From contig CALSPG010000001.1 in the NCBI GenBank assembly GCA_943788175.1, positions 64,001 through 128,000 on the forward strand: a stretch of 64,000 bases of DNA, written 5' to 3'. This document shows, in pieces, positions 49,001 through 58,136 of this stretch. The position numbers and the translations under genes were made by a program. Numbering within the stretch: the first letter of the stretch is position 1; every line of letters starts with the position of its first letter. The notes under the pieces were generated by a model. It was given only the letters and a program-made list of their open reading frames with translations. It did no database searches and was not told the DNA's origin. Origin of the DNA: an uncultured bacterium. Lineage in GTDB: Bacteria > Fidelibacterota > Marinisomatia > Marinisomatales > UBA1611.

Positions 49001-49205
49001 AAACGGTAAAGTTACTATATCTGTTTTTGATATGAGGGGAAGAGTTGTTGATGAGATTCATTCAGGGATATTAGTTTCTGGAAATCATCATTTTTCATGG
49101 GATGGAAAAACATACAACAATCAACTGGCTAGTTCAGGTGCCTATTTTTTGGTTGTCTCAAATGGAACAAACAAGCAATTCAAAAAAATGTTGCTTTTAA
49201 AATAA
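46032..49205 (+). CDS. Second C25 (gingipain-like) peptidase, no full propeptide, with a nidogen-like domain and CTD
   Basis: YVLLIGDVD, TDQKY, FIGRIS, NYRGWG, YVCNSNDF, CFAEA, YNILGDPSL; LYPNPFNP CTD. Confidence 0.88.
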   Translation: MHHIKKLVFFIFFISLSLSGDRHFRGMNKNEVLRSKIPISFRHQVMQGYDVLPQQLSVNRGSYLIIAREGLVQQGYVEVFAEFKKTQGFNVYIVSLSDSELDVNSVQNHITEHFTADPMLEYVLLIGDVDGFAEIPSYYYGPENDVTDQKYTHILGDDYIPDLFIGRISIDSAYELAVIMLKTIAYAREPLAYDQNWLDRALVVAGNYANSPPIPITPKWTSSWLRDELLNLGYNSVDTVFYPPIQQGAPYITEIINNGVGLVNYRGWGDANGWHYPEFHADDVNGLNNGWLTPVFMSYVCNSNDFANSVDPCFAEAILRGGTTSNPKGGVAFIGPSDLHTSTKYNNVINASMYDAMINYDVLELGPALMAGQFGLVKEFPNQDEPGEAQEFYFHVYNILGDPSLQVYLDTPDTFLIEADEVSFKDGYLNVKVTSSDGTPVKETVIAVIKDGQILSKGITSDSGYYIDNINIDNQSNIDIYANKAGFIQGHISKSINNENSSGLRIKKIYSSNELESGINSFGSVIDLNIQFLNSSFNTFESSDAVINFSQGLTPSSSSFSLPRISSGDSAIVSVSSLQIHGSGSEYYIDGTILNQNGDELFNIGLKIEPVNILASIVNQDVSVLSEFSPQIEINNYSASKYEDVKIILQTLSEGSEIINNGNVSLSHNVEPFSSEVFQTDYSVNVGNISSGSTVTILLQLKKLDSTFFSQKLEFEIASEFQNFPVSPNDYGYWAYDNTDTEYEQKPSFDWIELDPSFGGDGATEYLLDDDDHVDVQLPFQVKYHGEYYNELTINSNGWASLVPCDIDYFWNMSIPSFMSPKAMLAPFWDDLEVVGEDWIRVYTKHDALQGKFIIEWSRALNGYDELTKETFEIIIYDTNSMSTASGDNVIEFQYLEIDDVDVTKNYSTVGIQSPQNNDGLSMVFNNNYTPGATSLVDSTVIRFTTDAPDSYISPLGVDEKILIPENFIIGKLYPNPFNPRVNIDLKVVENGKVTISVFDMRGRVVDEIHSGILVSGNHHFSWDGKTYNNQLASSGAYFLVVSNGTNKQFKKMLLLK

Positions 49206-49215
49206 GAAATTAATC

Positions 49216-49470
49216 ATGATAAATAATAGCTCTGCAATTACAATATATTCAACTTCTTGGTGCGGTCCTTGCGCAAGTGCGAAAAGACTACTTAAAGAAA
49301 AGGGGTTTTCCTTTGATGAAGTAGATATTGAAGAAAAAGGAATGACGCGTGAGGATCTTTATGAAAAAACTGGCGGGCGTACAGTTCCTCAAATAGTTGT
49401 TGATGGAAAAACAATCGGTGGTTACGATAACTTATTAGAGTTAGAATCAGATGGAATGTTGATAGTTTGA
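49216..49470 (+). CDS. grxC: Glutaredoxin (GrxC-like)
   Basis: CxxC (WCGPC), TVPQI cis-Pro motif, IGGYD. Confidence 0.85.
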   Translation: MINNSSAITIYSTSWCGPCASAKRLLKEKGFSFDEVDIEEKGMTREDLYEKTGGRTVPQIVVDGKTIGGYDNLLELESDGMLIV

Positions 49471-50404
49471 TAGCTGATTATTTAAATAGGCTAAGGGTTT
49501 CAATCATTTTTGGAACCCTTTTTTTATGCCTAAGTTGTGTTAGTCAAGCTCCAACCGTATGGTTTTTGAGAGATTTGCAGTCGCTTGACGCCAATATAAT
49601 GAATACAGTCCAGTGGTTAAAGATTGAAAAAAGCAATTTTAAATTTTTGAATAAATCTATTAAGAAGAAGTTAAATCTTTTTAGAAAAACTAATTTTTTA
49701 GTATTTCAAAAAATTGAAATAGAAATCAATAGTATTGAAAAAAATATAAAAAATATTGAGGCAAACCTCACAAAGCAAAAAAAATTGGCTAGACGAATAA
49801 AAAAAAGACCAAAACTAAAAATATTTGAGGCCTATGATAACAAAGAGACTAAAAGGCTTCCATTTCTTGGAAAAGAAAAGGAAACTGGTTTAAAGAATAG
49901 TAAATCAAAAACGGTTTTAAAAATTTTAGAGTCTTTGGCAAAAAACAGTTCTTTAATCATTGTAAATCAAGCGGCTTATAATAGCTCCTTAAATAACCTA
50001 ATTAAGTTTTTTAAGAAAGAAAAATACGACCTTGTTTTTATAAGGAAAGAAATAGAAGAATATAAATACACTATCAAAGAGTTAACTATTCAGCGAAAAC
50101 AACAAAATATTCTTTTGGAGAAATTAATTTTCAAGCTAAATGATGCTCTTCTTGTTAGTAAAAAATCTTCTTATACTTTAAACCTTTTAGATATAAGTCA
50201 AAATATTCAAAACTATAATAATAAGATGGATAAATTTGAATATTTTGTTAATAACTTAGTTGATATTGGTGGTAAAGAGTGCCGCGGGTTAGTTTATTTA
50301 AAAAAAATGGCCATAAAAAAGAATATCAAAAAAAATATGAGATGGGTCTCATTGACTATAAAACTACCTTGAGTGAAATACCAAAGTTAATTTCATCAAT
50401 TTAG
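49467..50404 (+). CDS. Basic coiled-coil putative lipoprotein; probable indel in the A-run at about 50301
   Basis: LCLSC lipobox-like; helical and K-rich. As assembled it stops at 50372; the alternative frame NGHKKEYQKKYEMG...ISSI* ends at 50404, flush with the convergent gene. Confidence 0.55.
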
Positions 50405-52105
50405 TTAGTTAAGCACAGTAACCTTTTTCACTTGTCTTTTTTTTTCACCTTTAATTTCTATAAAATAAATTCCGCTTGATACTTTCTTGCCGTGCCTATT
50501 TTTTAAATTCCATTCAAATGATTTTTCTTCAGACTCTAATAGTAATAGACTCTTATTTAGGATTGTTTGTCCGAGAATATTATAAATATTGATTTTGACA
50601 TTTTGAGTAACTGATGAAATTAGTTTCGTTGTAAATTTATCATTTTGGCTTATATAAGGATTTGGGTAATCATTATTAACATTAAAATCTTCAGTTTTTC
50701 CTGGGCCAATAGATAAGCTATAAGACCAACTGTTCTGATTTTGACTCTGAGTATTTATTAATAAACTTGCCCATTCTAACTTTGTTCCAGGATCAATATT
50801 TAAATCATTTCCCATTTTAATAGTCCAGTTTTCTCCATTTTGGTATTTCAAGATAACAGCGCTGAAAATATCTTCCTCAAACCCGTTGTCTACGTCAATC
50901 TTGATTTTTGCAGGTGCAAGTAAATCAATTTTAAAATAGTTAGCAGCGTTTTTACTGATCGCGTTTTGCGTATAATTGACAGTGTTATTTTCAAAGCTAA
51001 GTTGAGCAATTTCTAGTGGTCCAGTTACTGGGTAGGTATTAGCTTCTTCATATGTAAATGGGAAAGCATTTGGATGGCTTGACATTATTCGATTCGCTAT
51101 CCTCATATTATTTATAGCGCTATTAAAACTAGATCCAACTTCTTCAAGAGCTGAATTTATTGATACAAAACTAATATCATTTACTGAGTTAGCAGCATAG
51201 CGAGAATTCTCCCATATGTTTTTTATTAAATCAGGTCCTCCTAGGTGCTCTTCTAAATATTGAAAAAAAATAAAAGAGCCATACATATGAGTGGATTCAT
51301 CATCTATTGTTTTACTTGAATTTTGAAACCAAGAAGGCATATATCTATAATGGTCATTAATATCATCGTATATTTTGTCTTCTGACCATACGGCTGTTGC
51401 TTCCATTAGCCAAAACCGCTCGTAGCAGTTATAAGAAAATTGAATGGCATGGAAAAATTCATGAGCAGCAGTTACTTTAATATTGTCAATTTCGCTTAAG
51501 TTCTGGAAACTTGAGCCATTATAATTATTCCGCATTTTTATATAGCTCCCACAACTAGTGTTAGATTCATTTATAAAAGAGGTCGTGTATGTTAGTGCAA
51601 AATAATTTGGAGGTAAGTTATTAATGAAAATATTATATTTCTCAATATTTGAGTTTTGGTTATTGTTAAATATTAAATCATAGTTTAAAGAATCTTTAAA
51701 ATATGAATGAACATATTCGAAAATCGCACCCATATTTTCTGCGTAATCTGGGACACTATTACTATCTAAATCTTCTTCATCAATAGCATTGATACTTGAT
51801 GCATCTAAATCATAATGAATGTTAAAATGTTCAGTTTCATAAATAGACTCCATCACATGTGGTGTTAATACTTTTAATTCATTATTGACGACTTTTATAT
51901 TTAAATCTTTTAACAAGTTTTCTTCTCTATCTGATATTGGCAGAGAGTTATTTCTTAATATGTTGTTGATGTGATGTGAAGCATGTATGTATTCTTTATC
52001 GATATTAATTAAGGCTTCCCAAGAATCCTTTATAGCCTTTTGCCTGCAAAAACATATGTTAAGGGATAAGATAATCCAGAAGAATCTTAGTTTAGAGTTT
52101 TTCAT
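50405..52105 (-). CDS. Secreted zinc metalloprotease (MXAN_6640-like) with a CTD-like tail
   Basis: VTAAHEFFHAIQFSY, WLMEATAVWSED, YGSFIFFQYL; tail YPNPY...IYNILGQ...WN...SSGIY. Confidence 0.82.
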   Translation of the reverse strand: MKNSKLRFFWIILSLNICFCRQKAIKDSWEALINIDKEYIHASHHINNILRNNSLPISDREENLLKDLNIKVVNNELKVLTPHVMESIYETEHFNIHYDLDASSINAIDEEDLDSNSVPDYAENMGAIFEYVHSYFKDSLNYDLIFNNNQNSNIEKYNIFINNLPPNYFALTYTTSFINESNTSCGSYIKMRNNYNGSSFQNLSEIDNIKVTAAHEFFHAIQFSYNCYERFWLMEATAVWSEDKIYDDINDHYRYMPSWFQNSSKTIDDESTHMYGSFIFFQYLEEHLGGPDLIKNIWENSRYAANSVNDISFVSINSALEEVGSSFNSAINNMRIANRIMSSHPNAFPFTYEEANTYPVTGPLEIAQLSFENNTVNYTQNAISKNAANYFKIDLLAPAKIKIDVDNGFEEDIFSAVILKYQNGENWTIKMGNDLNIDPGTKLEWASLLINTQSQNQNSWSYSLSIGPGKTEDFNVNNDYPNPYISQNDKFTTKLISSVTQNVKINIYNILGQTILNKSLLLLESEEKSFEWNLKNRHGKKVSSGIYFIEIKGEKKRQVKKVTVLN

Positions 52106-52201
52106 CTTCCTGAAAAATATCTTTGTTTTTTATCCGAATGAAAAGACCCATCAGAATAATTACTATTGCCCAAATTAAAGAAAAATAGATTAAATAAGAG
52201 T

Positions 52202-52831
52202 TCAATTATTTGTCCAAGATTTATTTATAAAATATGACAATATAAGAGTTATAATTCCCGCCTCGACATTAATTTTCGTATCTTTGTCATTAATCAATGA
52301 TGCTATAGAATACCCACTAGCTAAAATAAATAGCCAAGATTTAGATCGTGCAAATAGATTGTCAAACTCTCTCACTTTATTCGTTTTAGTATTCGCAAGA
52401 ATAACTGAGTTGAAATTGTCAAGAGAGTAATGGAGGTGAGCATTTAACAAGTTTTTTTGATTTCGGTTATAAAATTCGAATGAATCTACTCGTTTTTTTA
52501 ATCTTAATCCGATTTGGGTACTGTTACTGCTTATAATTGGTTGAAAATCAAGTATTGGTAAGTTGAAAGTTGTCTCCTGCTCAAGTTTGAGTGTGTCGGA
52601 TAAAATGTTATGTAGAGTAAAATAGAACCATTGATTATCTGATTGCCAAGCGTATACTGAATCAGATGATATAGGCTCTATAAATTTAAACTCTACAATT
52701 ATGCCATTTTCTTTTTCTTCAAATTCTATATTAGTTAAGACATTACTACAAAAACTACTATCATATGCAAATATCAAAACTATCAAACATAATTGAATTA
52801 TTTTAAGATGTTTTTGAATCAACCTCTTCAT
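52202..52831 (-). CDS. Exported protein with an AMIN-like domain and a hydrophobic C-terminus
   Basis: ATG at 52831 gives a signal peptide; 'KENGIIVEF...WFYFTLHN...STQIGLRL' beta domain. Confidence 0.5.
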   Translation of the reverse strand: MKRLIQKHLKIIQLCLIVLIFAYDSSFCSNVLTNIEFEEKENGIIVEFKFIEPISSDSVYAWQSDNQWFYFTLHNILSDTLKLEQETTFNLPILDFQPIISSNSTQIGLRLKKRVDSFEFYNRNQKNLLNAHLHYSLDNFNSVILANTKTNKVREFDNLFARSKSWLFILASGYSIASLINDKDTKINVEAGIITLILSYFINKSWTNN

Positions 52832-53012
52832 CCGGTCTGGTTTTATTTGTAATAAATAAATGAAAAATAAAATAAGACCCAAGCCATAAGGGAACAATAC
52901 CTAGTAGTATTAATGATTTTTTTAGATCTGTGAAAAAAGGAATGATTATTAATATTATTCCAGCAAGAATTGCAAAAAGGGGAGGAAGTAATTCTTTTTT
53001 GTTCATGATCAT
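52803..53012 (-). CDS. Small two-TM membrane protein
   Basis: Two hydrophobic helices and a charged tail; overlaps the next gene's start. Confidence 0.6.
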   Translation of the reverse strand: MIMNKKELLPPLFAILAGIILIIIPFFTDLKKSLILLGIVPLWLGSYFIFHLFITNKTRPDEEVDSKTS

Positions 53013-53114
53013 GCTTAAATATTTACAAATTATTTATGATAATACTAGTTCTAATTACAGGTTGTTCCTTCAAAAATAATGAGGTTAATTTATATTACAA
53101 TTTATTAGAGTCAA

Positions 53115-54695
53115 TTGACAAAAATATTCCACATATCTTTTTTGTTTGTACTTGTTTCTTTTCTTCAGTCACAAAGTTACACTTCAACCAGTGTCCAAGG
53201 GGCTTTTGGAGCGGTTACGATTGATGGAAAAATATGGAATCAGATTGCTCTAAGGCCCATAATTCCTATTGGTAAGGTAACACTTGCTCTGGATATAGTA
53301 TTTTATATTGATCAGGATGGCAATATTCATGATGATGAGTGGGATTTTTCAAATGGAAAGAATTCAAAAAATTCAATCATAGATAAAATATATTATGTTC
53401 GTTATGGTAAAAAATGGGAACCCTTTTATTTCCAAATTGGAGCTTTAGAAAATGTGACAATAGGTCAAGGTATCCTCGTTAATAGATATTCGAATACTAT
53501 CTTATATCCGCAATTAAGAAAAGTCGGGATGGAATTAAAGTTCAAAACATATGGTTTGGATTTCTATGCCTTTACTAACGATTTTAAGGAAAACTTGGGC
53601 TTAGCGGGTTTTCGAGTGTCTAAAAAACTTATGAATAGTATAAATATTGGAGGGTCCTTTGTGACTGATCGAAATCAATATTTAGGATTAAGAGATCGAG
53701 ATGATGACGGACGCCCTGACCTGGTTGACGATTTTCCTAATGATCCAGGTTTTTGGCTAGATACTGATGGTGATGGACTTGCGGATGGCATACCTGAAGA
53801 ATTGGACATTGATGGGGATGGAGTGACAGATACTCTTGATAGTGATGTTCCTGGTTGGAATTTGGATACTTCTTTTGTCCTAGACACTGAAATAATTAGA
53901 AAACCTGAACCTCTTAATGTGAAAGAAAAAGAAAGATCGATTTTTGCTGTTTCCTTAGATGCCTCTAAAACTATTTTAGTCGAAAAAAATATGAATGTTA
54001 CGGTTTATGCTCAATATGCTACATTAATTGGTGAGACTATTGATCCAATAACGAAAGCTAGCACTACATTAGGAAATGGTTTAATACCATTAGGGTTGTC
54101 CGTTAAACTTGGTCCTGCGAGATTTAATTTTGAATATAGAATGATGCCTTCAGGAAAATTTGAATTTGGATATTGGGATAGATCATATGAAATAGAGAGG
54201 GCGACTTTTTCTGCTTCAAATGCTTCTATGATGCCTGGGGTGAAAACAGGTGAAATTATTACGAAAGATAGTAAGTTGGGAAAATTTGGAAAACAAAAAG
54301 GTTATTTTTCTACGCTGAGCCTTGATCTAGGCGAACTAATTGGTTCTTCATTATCCTATCAAAACCTTTTTGGAGAACAATGGAGTAATTACGATAACAA
54401 TTTTATTAAAGATCGCAATCAAAGTTTTATCGCTAGCATTGGATTGAAAAAACCAATTAGTAAAATCACTAGCGCTAGATGGTATTACCAACAACGAAAT
54501 GTTCCTAATCCATTTAATTTTAAATATACAGAAAGTACTATATCAGGTTATCGAGTTGGAATAAAACTCGGAAATGGTATGATACTAAATTACATTTTTA
54601 GGCAGTCTTTTCGAGATATAGATGGTGATGGTGATGTAAATGGAAAAGAAGAGACTATTAACATGACAAGCATTGAGACTAGTTTCTCATTTTAA
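53115..54695 (+). CDS. Putative outer-membrane beta-barrel protein with inserted thrombospondin type 3-like Ca-binding repeats
   Basis: Signal peptide; DRDDDGRPDLVDDFPND..DTDGDG..DIDGDG; terminal ETSFSF. Confidence 0.65.
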   Translation: MTKIFHISFLFVLVSFLQSQSYTSTSVQGAFGAVTIDGKIWNQIALRPIIPIGKVTLALDIVFYIDQDGNIHDDEWDFSNGKNSKNSIIDKIYYVRYGKKWEPFYFQIGALENVTIGQGILVNRYSNTILYPQLRKVGMELKFKTYGLDFYAFTNDFKENLGLAGFRVSKKLMNSINIGGSFVTDRNQYLGLRDRDDDGRPDLVDDFPNDPGFWLDTDGDGLADGIPEELDIDGDGVTDTLDSDVPGWNLDTSFVLDTEIIRKPEPLNVKEKERSIFAVSLDASKTILVEKNMNVTVYAQYATLIGETIDPITKASTTLGNGLIPLGLSVKLGPARFNFEYRMMPSGKFEFGYWDRSYEIERATFSASNASMMPGVKTGEIITKDSKLGKFGKQKGYFSTLSLDLGELIGSSLSYQNLFGEQWSNYDNNFIKDRNQSFIASIGLKKPISKITSARWYYQQRNVPNPFNFKYTESTISGYRVGIKLGNGMILNYIFRQSFRDIDGDGDVNGKEETINMTSIETSFSF

Positions 54696-54697
54696 AT

Positions 54698-57292
54698 ATG
54701 AAATCATCAGATATAAGAAAATCATTTATAGAGTTCTTTCAGCAAAAAGATCATAAGTTTATAAGAAGCGCTCCAGTTGTTCCAATCGGCGACCCAACTC
54801 TTTTATTTACAAATGCTGGGATGAATCAATTCAAACCTATTTTTCTTGATGAATCTAAGCCTAACTATCCACGAGCCGTTAATAGTCAAAAGTGTATTAG
54901 AGTAAGTGGAAAACACAACGATCTTGAAGAAGTTGGTATTGATACCTTTCATCATACCTTTTTTGAAATGCTAGGTAATTGGTCTTTTGGAGATTATTAC
55001 AAAAGTGAGGCTATAAAATGGGCCTGGGAATTATTAACTGAAGTTTGGGGTTTAGATAAAAATAGACTCTGGGTAACTGTATACAAAGACGATAAAGAAG
55101 CTTATGACCTTTGGCTAAATAACACTGATATTAAAAAAGATCGTGTACTCTGGTTCGGTAAGAAAGAAAATTTTTGGGAGATGGGTGAGACTGGTCCATG
55201 TGGACCGTGTTCAGAGATTCATTACTTTATTGGTGATGATTTATCTAATCAGTCAAAAGAAGGTGTCAATAGAGCAGATGAATATTGGGAATTATGGAAT
55301 TTAGTATTTATTCAAAATGAGCGTTTAGCTGATGGTTCATTAATAAACTTATCTCAAAGTCATGTTGATACTGGAGCTGGTTTAGAACGAATTACAAGCG
55401 TTATTCAAGGAAAAACGAGTAATTATGAAACAGATCTTTTTCAGCCAATCATTAAAGAATTGGAATCAAGTTCTGAATGTAAATATGTGGACAATCCAGT
55501 ACCTTTTCAGGTTATAGCGGACCACATACGAATGCTTTGTTTCTCAATCGCTGATGGTGCTTTACCCTCGAATGAAGGCAGAGGATATGTCCTAAGACGA
55601 ATTTTAAGACGTGCCTCGAGGTTTGGGCGAGTACTTAAGCTTGAAAAACCTTTTTTGCATAAAATTGTTCCTTCTGTTTGCAACCTAATGGGAGATGCTT
55701 ATCCAGAATTAAAAGAGAAAAGTACTCACATAAAGCTAGTTATAGGAACAGAAGAAACTCTTTTTAATCAAACTCTTGATAGAGGTATTACTCATTTAGA
55801 AAAACTGATGAGTGGTCTCAAAAGTGGTAAAACTATTTTAGGTAGCGATGCTTTCAAACTCTATGACACTTATGGGTTTCCTCTTGATTTAATAGAGCTA
55901 ATAGCAAGGGAAAAAAATATTGATGTTGACGAAGAAGGATTTCATCTTGAAATGGCAAAGCAAAAAGATAAAGCCAGGCAAGCGGGAAACTTTAAATTGA
56001 AAGAAAAAAGTATTGATTGGATAGAGCTTTTAAAAGGAAAAGGCTCTGAATTTGTTGGTTATGAATATCTAGAAACTAGCTCTAGAGTTTTAAAGTATTC
56101 AGAAATCGAAGATGGTTTTATACTTGTGCTTGATAAAACACCCTTCTATCCAGAGTCTGGTGGCCAAATCGGTGATAGAGGTAAAATCTCATTTGAGGGT
56201 ATAGATTTAAATGTAATTGATGTTCAGAAGCATAATGACATGATAATTCACTTATGTAAAGGTGTAGTTTTAGATTGGAGTAAGGTCGTAAGTGTTCAAT
56301 GTGTCGTCAATGATTTTCATAGATCAAGTGTAAAAAGAAATCATACTGCTACGCATTTATTGCACGCTGCTTTAAAAAAAGAATTAGGGGACCAAGTTCA
56401 GCAAGCAGGTTCATTGGTACACCCAAATTATTTAAGATTTGACTTAACATATTTTGAAAAAATTACAGGGGATCAAATAAGAAACATTGAAAATATTGTT
56501 AATAGACAAATTCTATTAAATAGTGCTTTAAACACTTCAGTTAAAGCATATGATGAAGCTATTAGTAGTGGCGTAGTTGCCCTTTTTGGTGAAAAATATG
56601 GTGACAATGTTAGAGTTGTATCAACCGGTAAATTTTCAAATGAACTTTGTGGCGGAACTCATGTTAATAGCACTGGTGATATAGGATTATTTAAAATAAC
56701 AGAAGAATCATCATTAGCATCTGGTGTGAGACGCATTGTTGCTGTTACCGGCACCACTGCAATTGAACTATTTCAAAACCAAGCTGATTTAATATTTAAT
56801 ATGCAAAGAATGTTGAATTGTAAGGAAGAAGAGTTACCTGATAGAATTAGTCAATTATATCAAGATAAAAAATCGTTAGAGAAAAAAATAAAGGAGTTAA
56901 ACCAATCAGATGATTCAGATATTATTGCCTGGGTAAATAAAGCAAGTAAAGTTGGTGATTATATTTTTGTAATTGAATTATTGAGTATTGAAGGTGCTGA
57001 TGAATTAAAGCGTGTAGGGGATCGACTTATCTCTGAAATTAAAAGCGGTATTGGTGTTTTATTTAACAATGCAAATGATAAACCCTCAGCTGTTGTTGTC
57101 GTCAGTGAAGATTTAGTTCATAAAAAAATAAACGCTGGAATTTTAGCTAAGGAAATAGGCTCTTATATGGGCGGCGGTGGTGGTGGAAAACCTCAAATTG
57201 CGACAGCAGGAGGTCGTCAATTTGGTGTTGTTGAAAAAGCTATTATCAAGACAGAAAAATTAATTTTAAAAGTTTTAAACAAGGAGCTGTAA
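54698..57292 (+). CDS. alaS: Alanine--tRNA ligase
   Basis: DPTLLFTNAGMNQFK, HHTFFEMLGNWSFGDY, GPCGPCSEI, NHTATHLLH, ELCGGTH, GGGGGK. Confidence 0.99.
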   Translation: MKSSDIRKSFIEFFQQKDHKFIRSAPVVPIGDPTLLFTNAGMNQFKPIFLDESKPNYPRAVNSQKCIRVSGKHNDLEEVGIDTFHHTFFEMLGNWSFGDYYKSEAIKWAWELLTEVWGLDKNRLWVTVYKDDKEAYDLWLNNTDIKKDRVLWFGKKENFWEMGETGPCGPCSEIHYFIGDDLSNQSKEGVNRADEYWELWNLVFIQNERLADGSLINLSQSHVDTGAGLERITSVIQGKTSNYETDLFQPIIKELESSSECKYVDNPVPFQVIADHIRMLCFSIADGALPSNEGRGYVLRRILRRASRFGRVLKLEKPFLHKIVPSVCNLMGDAYPELKEKSTHIKLVIGTEETLFNQTLDRGITHLEKLMSGLKSGKTILGSDAFKLYDTYGFPLDLIELIAREKNIDVDEEGFHLEMAKQKDKARQAGNFKLKEKSIDWIELLKGKGSEFVGYEYLETSSRVLKYSEIEDGFILVLDKTPFYPESGGQIGDRGKISFEGIDLNVIDVQKHNDMIIHLCKGVVLDWSKVVSVQCVVNDFHRSSVKRNHTATHLLHAALKKELGDQVQQAGSLVHPNYLRFDLTYFEKITGDQIRNIENIVNRQILLNSALNTSVKAYDEAISSGVVALFGEKYGDNVRVVSTGKFSNELCGGTHVNSTGDIGLFKITEESSLASGVRRIVAVTGTTAIELFQNQADLIFNMQRMLNCKEEELPDRISQLYQDKKSLEKKIKELNQSDDSDIIAWVNKASKVGDYIFVIELLSIEGADELKRVGDRLISEIKSGIGVLFNNANDKPSAVVVVSEDLVHKKINAGILAKEIGSYMGGGGGGKPQIATAGGRQFGVVEKAIIKTEKLILKVLNKEL

Positions 57293-57300
57293 ATCATATT

Positions 57301-57717
57301 ATGTCTAATCAGAAAATAAATGAAAGAAAACCTATTCGTGAACTCATTCAAACTGATAATGCGCCCAATGCTGTTGGAACATACAGTCAAGCAGTTTCTG
57401 CGGGTGGTTTTTTGTATACTTCTGGTCAAGTTGGAATTAATCCGCTTACTGGTGAAATGGTTTCTGGCAATACAAAAGAGCAATGTCTTCAAGTTCTAAA
57501 AAATATTTTAGCTATTCTTGAGGCAAGAAATCTTTCTTTGGTAAATATTGTTAAGCTCAATGTGTTTTTAAAAGATTTGAATGACTTTGGTGACTTAAAT
57601 GATACTTTTGTTGATTTCTTTGGCAATACAAATTTCCCTGCAAGGTCAACTATTGAAGTAGCTGGTTTACCGCTTGGAGCCAGAGTAGAGATTGATTGTA
57701 TCGCAGTAGAGGGTTAA
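57301..57717 (+). CDS. ridA: RidA family enamine/imine deaminase
   Basis: AP.AVGTYSQA, SGQVG, FPARSTIEVAGLP...VEID (catalytic Arg present). Confidence 0.93.
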   Translation: MSNQKINERKPIRELIQTDNAPNAVGTYSQAVSAGGFLYTSGQVGINPLTGEMVSGNTKEQCLQVLKNILAILEARNLSLVNIVKLNVFLKDLNDFGDLNDTFVDFFGNTNFPARSTIEVAGLPLGARVEIDCIAVEG

Positions 57718-58136
57718 TGAGTTCTAAATCCTTATTTTTTTCATTATTGCTATCTTATAATCTTAATGCCCAAATTAACGAAGTAGATTCAACATTGATT
57801 AAAAATTCTCGGCAAGCCTTTCTCTTTTCACTTGTTCCAGGCGGTGGTCAATTTTATAACCAGAAATACATTAAAGGTTCTTTAGTCATGGGCCTGGAAA
57901 CTTTGGCATTTTATTCATGGTTAGAAAATTCAAAAATTTATAAAAATTATGATTCTGATATATATTCTCTTAGGCAAAACAGATATCTTGAAAAGCGAAA
58001 TAAATATGCCTGGTGGGTAATATTCCTTTATTTTTACAGCATGATTGATGCGATGGTTGATGCGCATTTGAGTCCATTTGATGATATAATGAGTACATCT
58101 ATTGATGATGTAGGAGGAGAAGACAATGAAAAATAA
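57717..58136 (+). CDS. DUF5683-like membrane protein
   Basis: AFLFSLVPGGGQFYNQKY.K ... IDAMVDAHL; TAATG coupling. Confidence 0.75.
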   Translation: MSSKSLFFSLLLSYNLNAQINEVDSTLIKNSRQAFLFSLVPGGGQFYNQKYIKGSLVMGLETLAFYSWLENSKIYKNYDSDIYSLRQNRYLEKRNKYAWWVIFLYFYSMIDAMVDAHLSPFDDIMSTSIDDVGGEDNEK

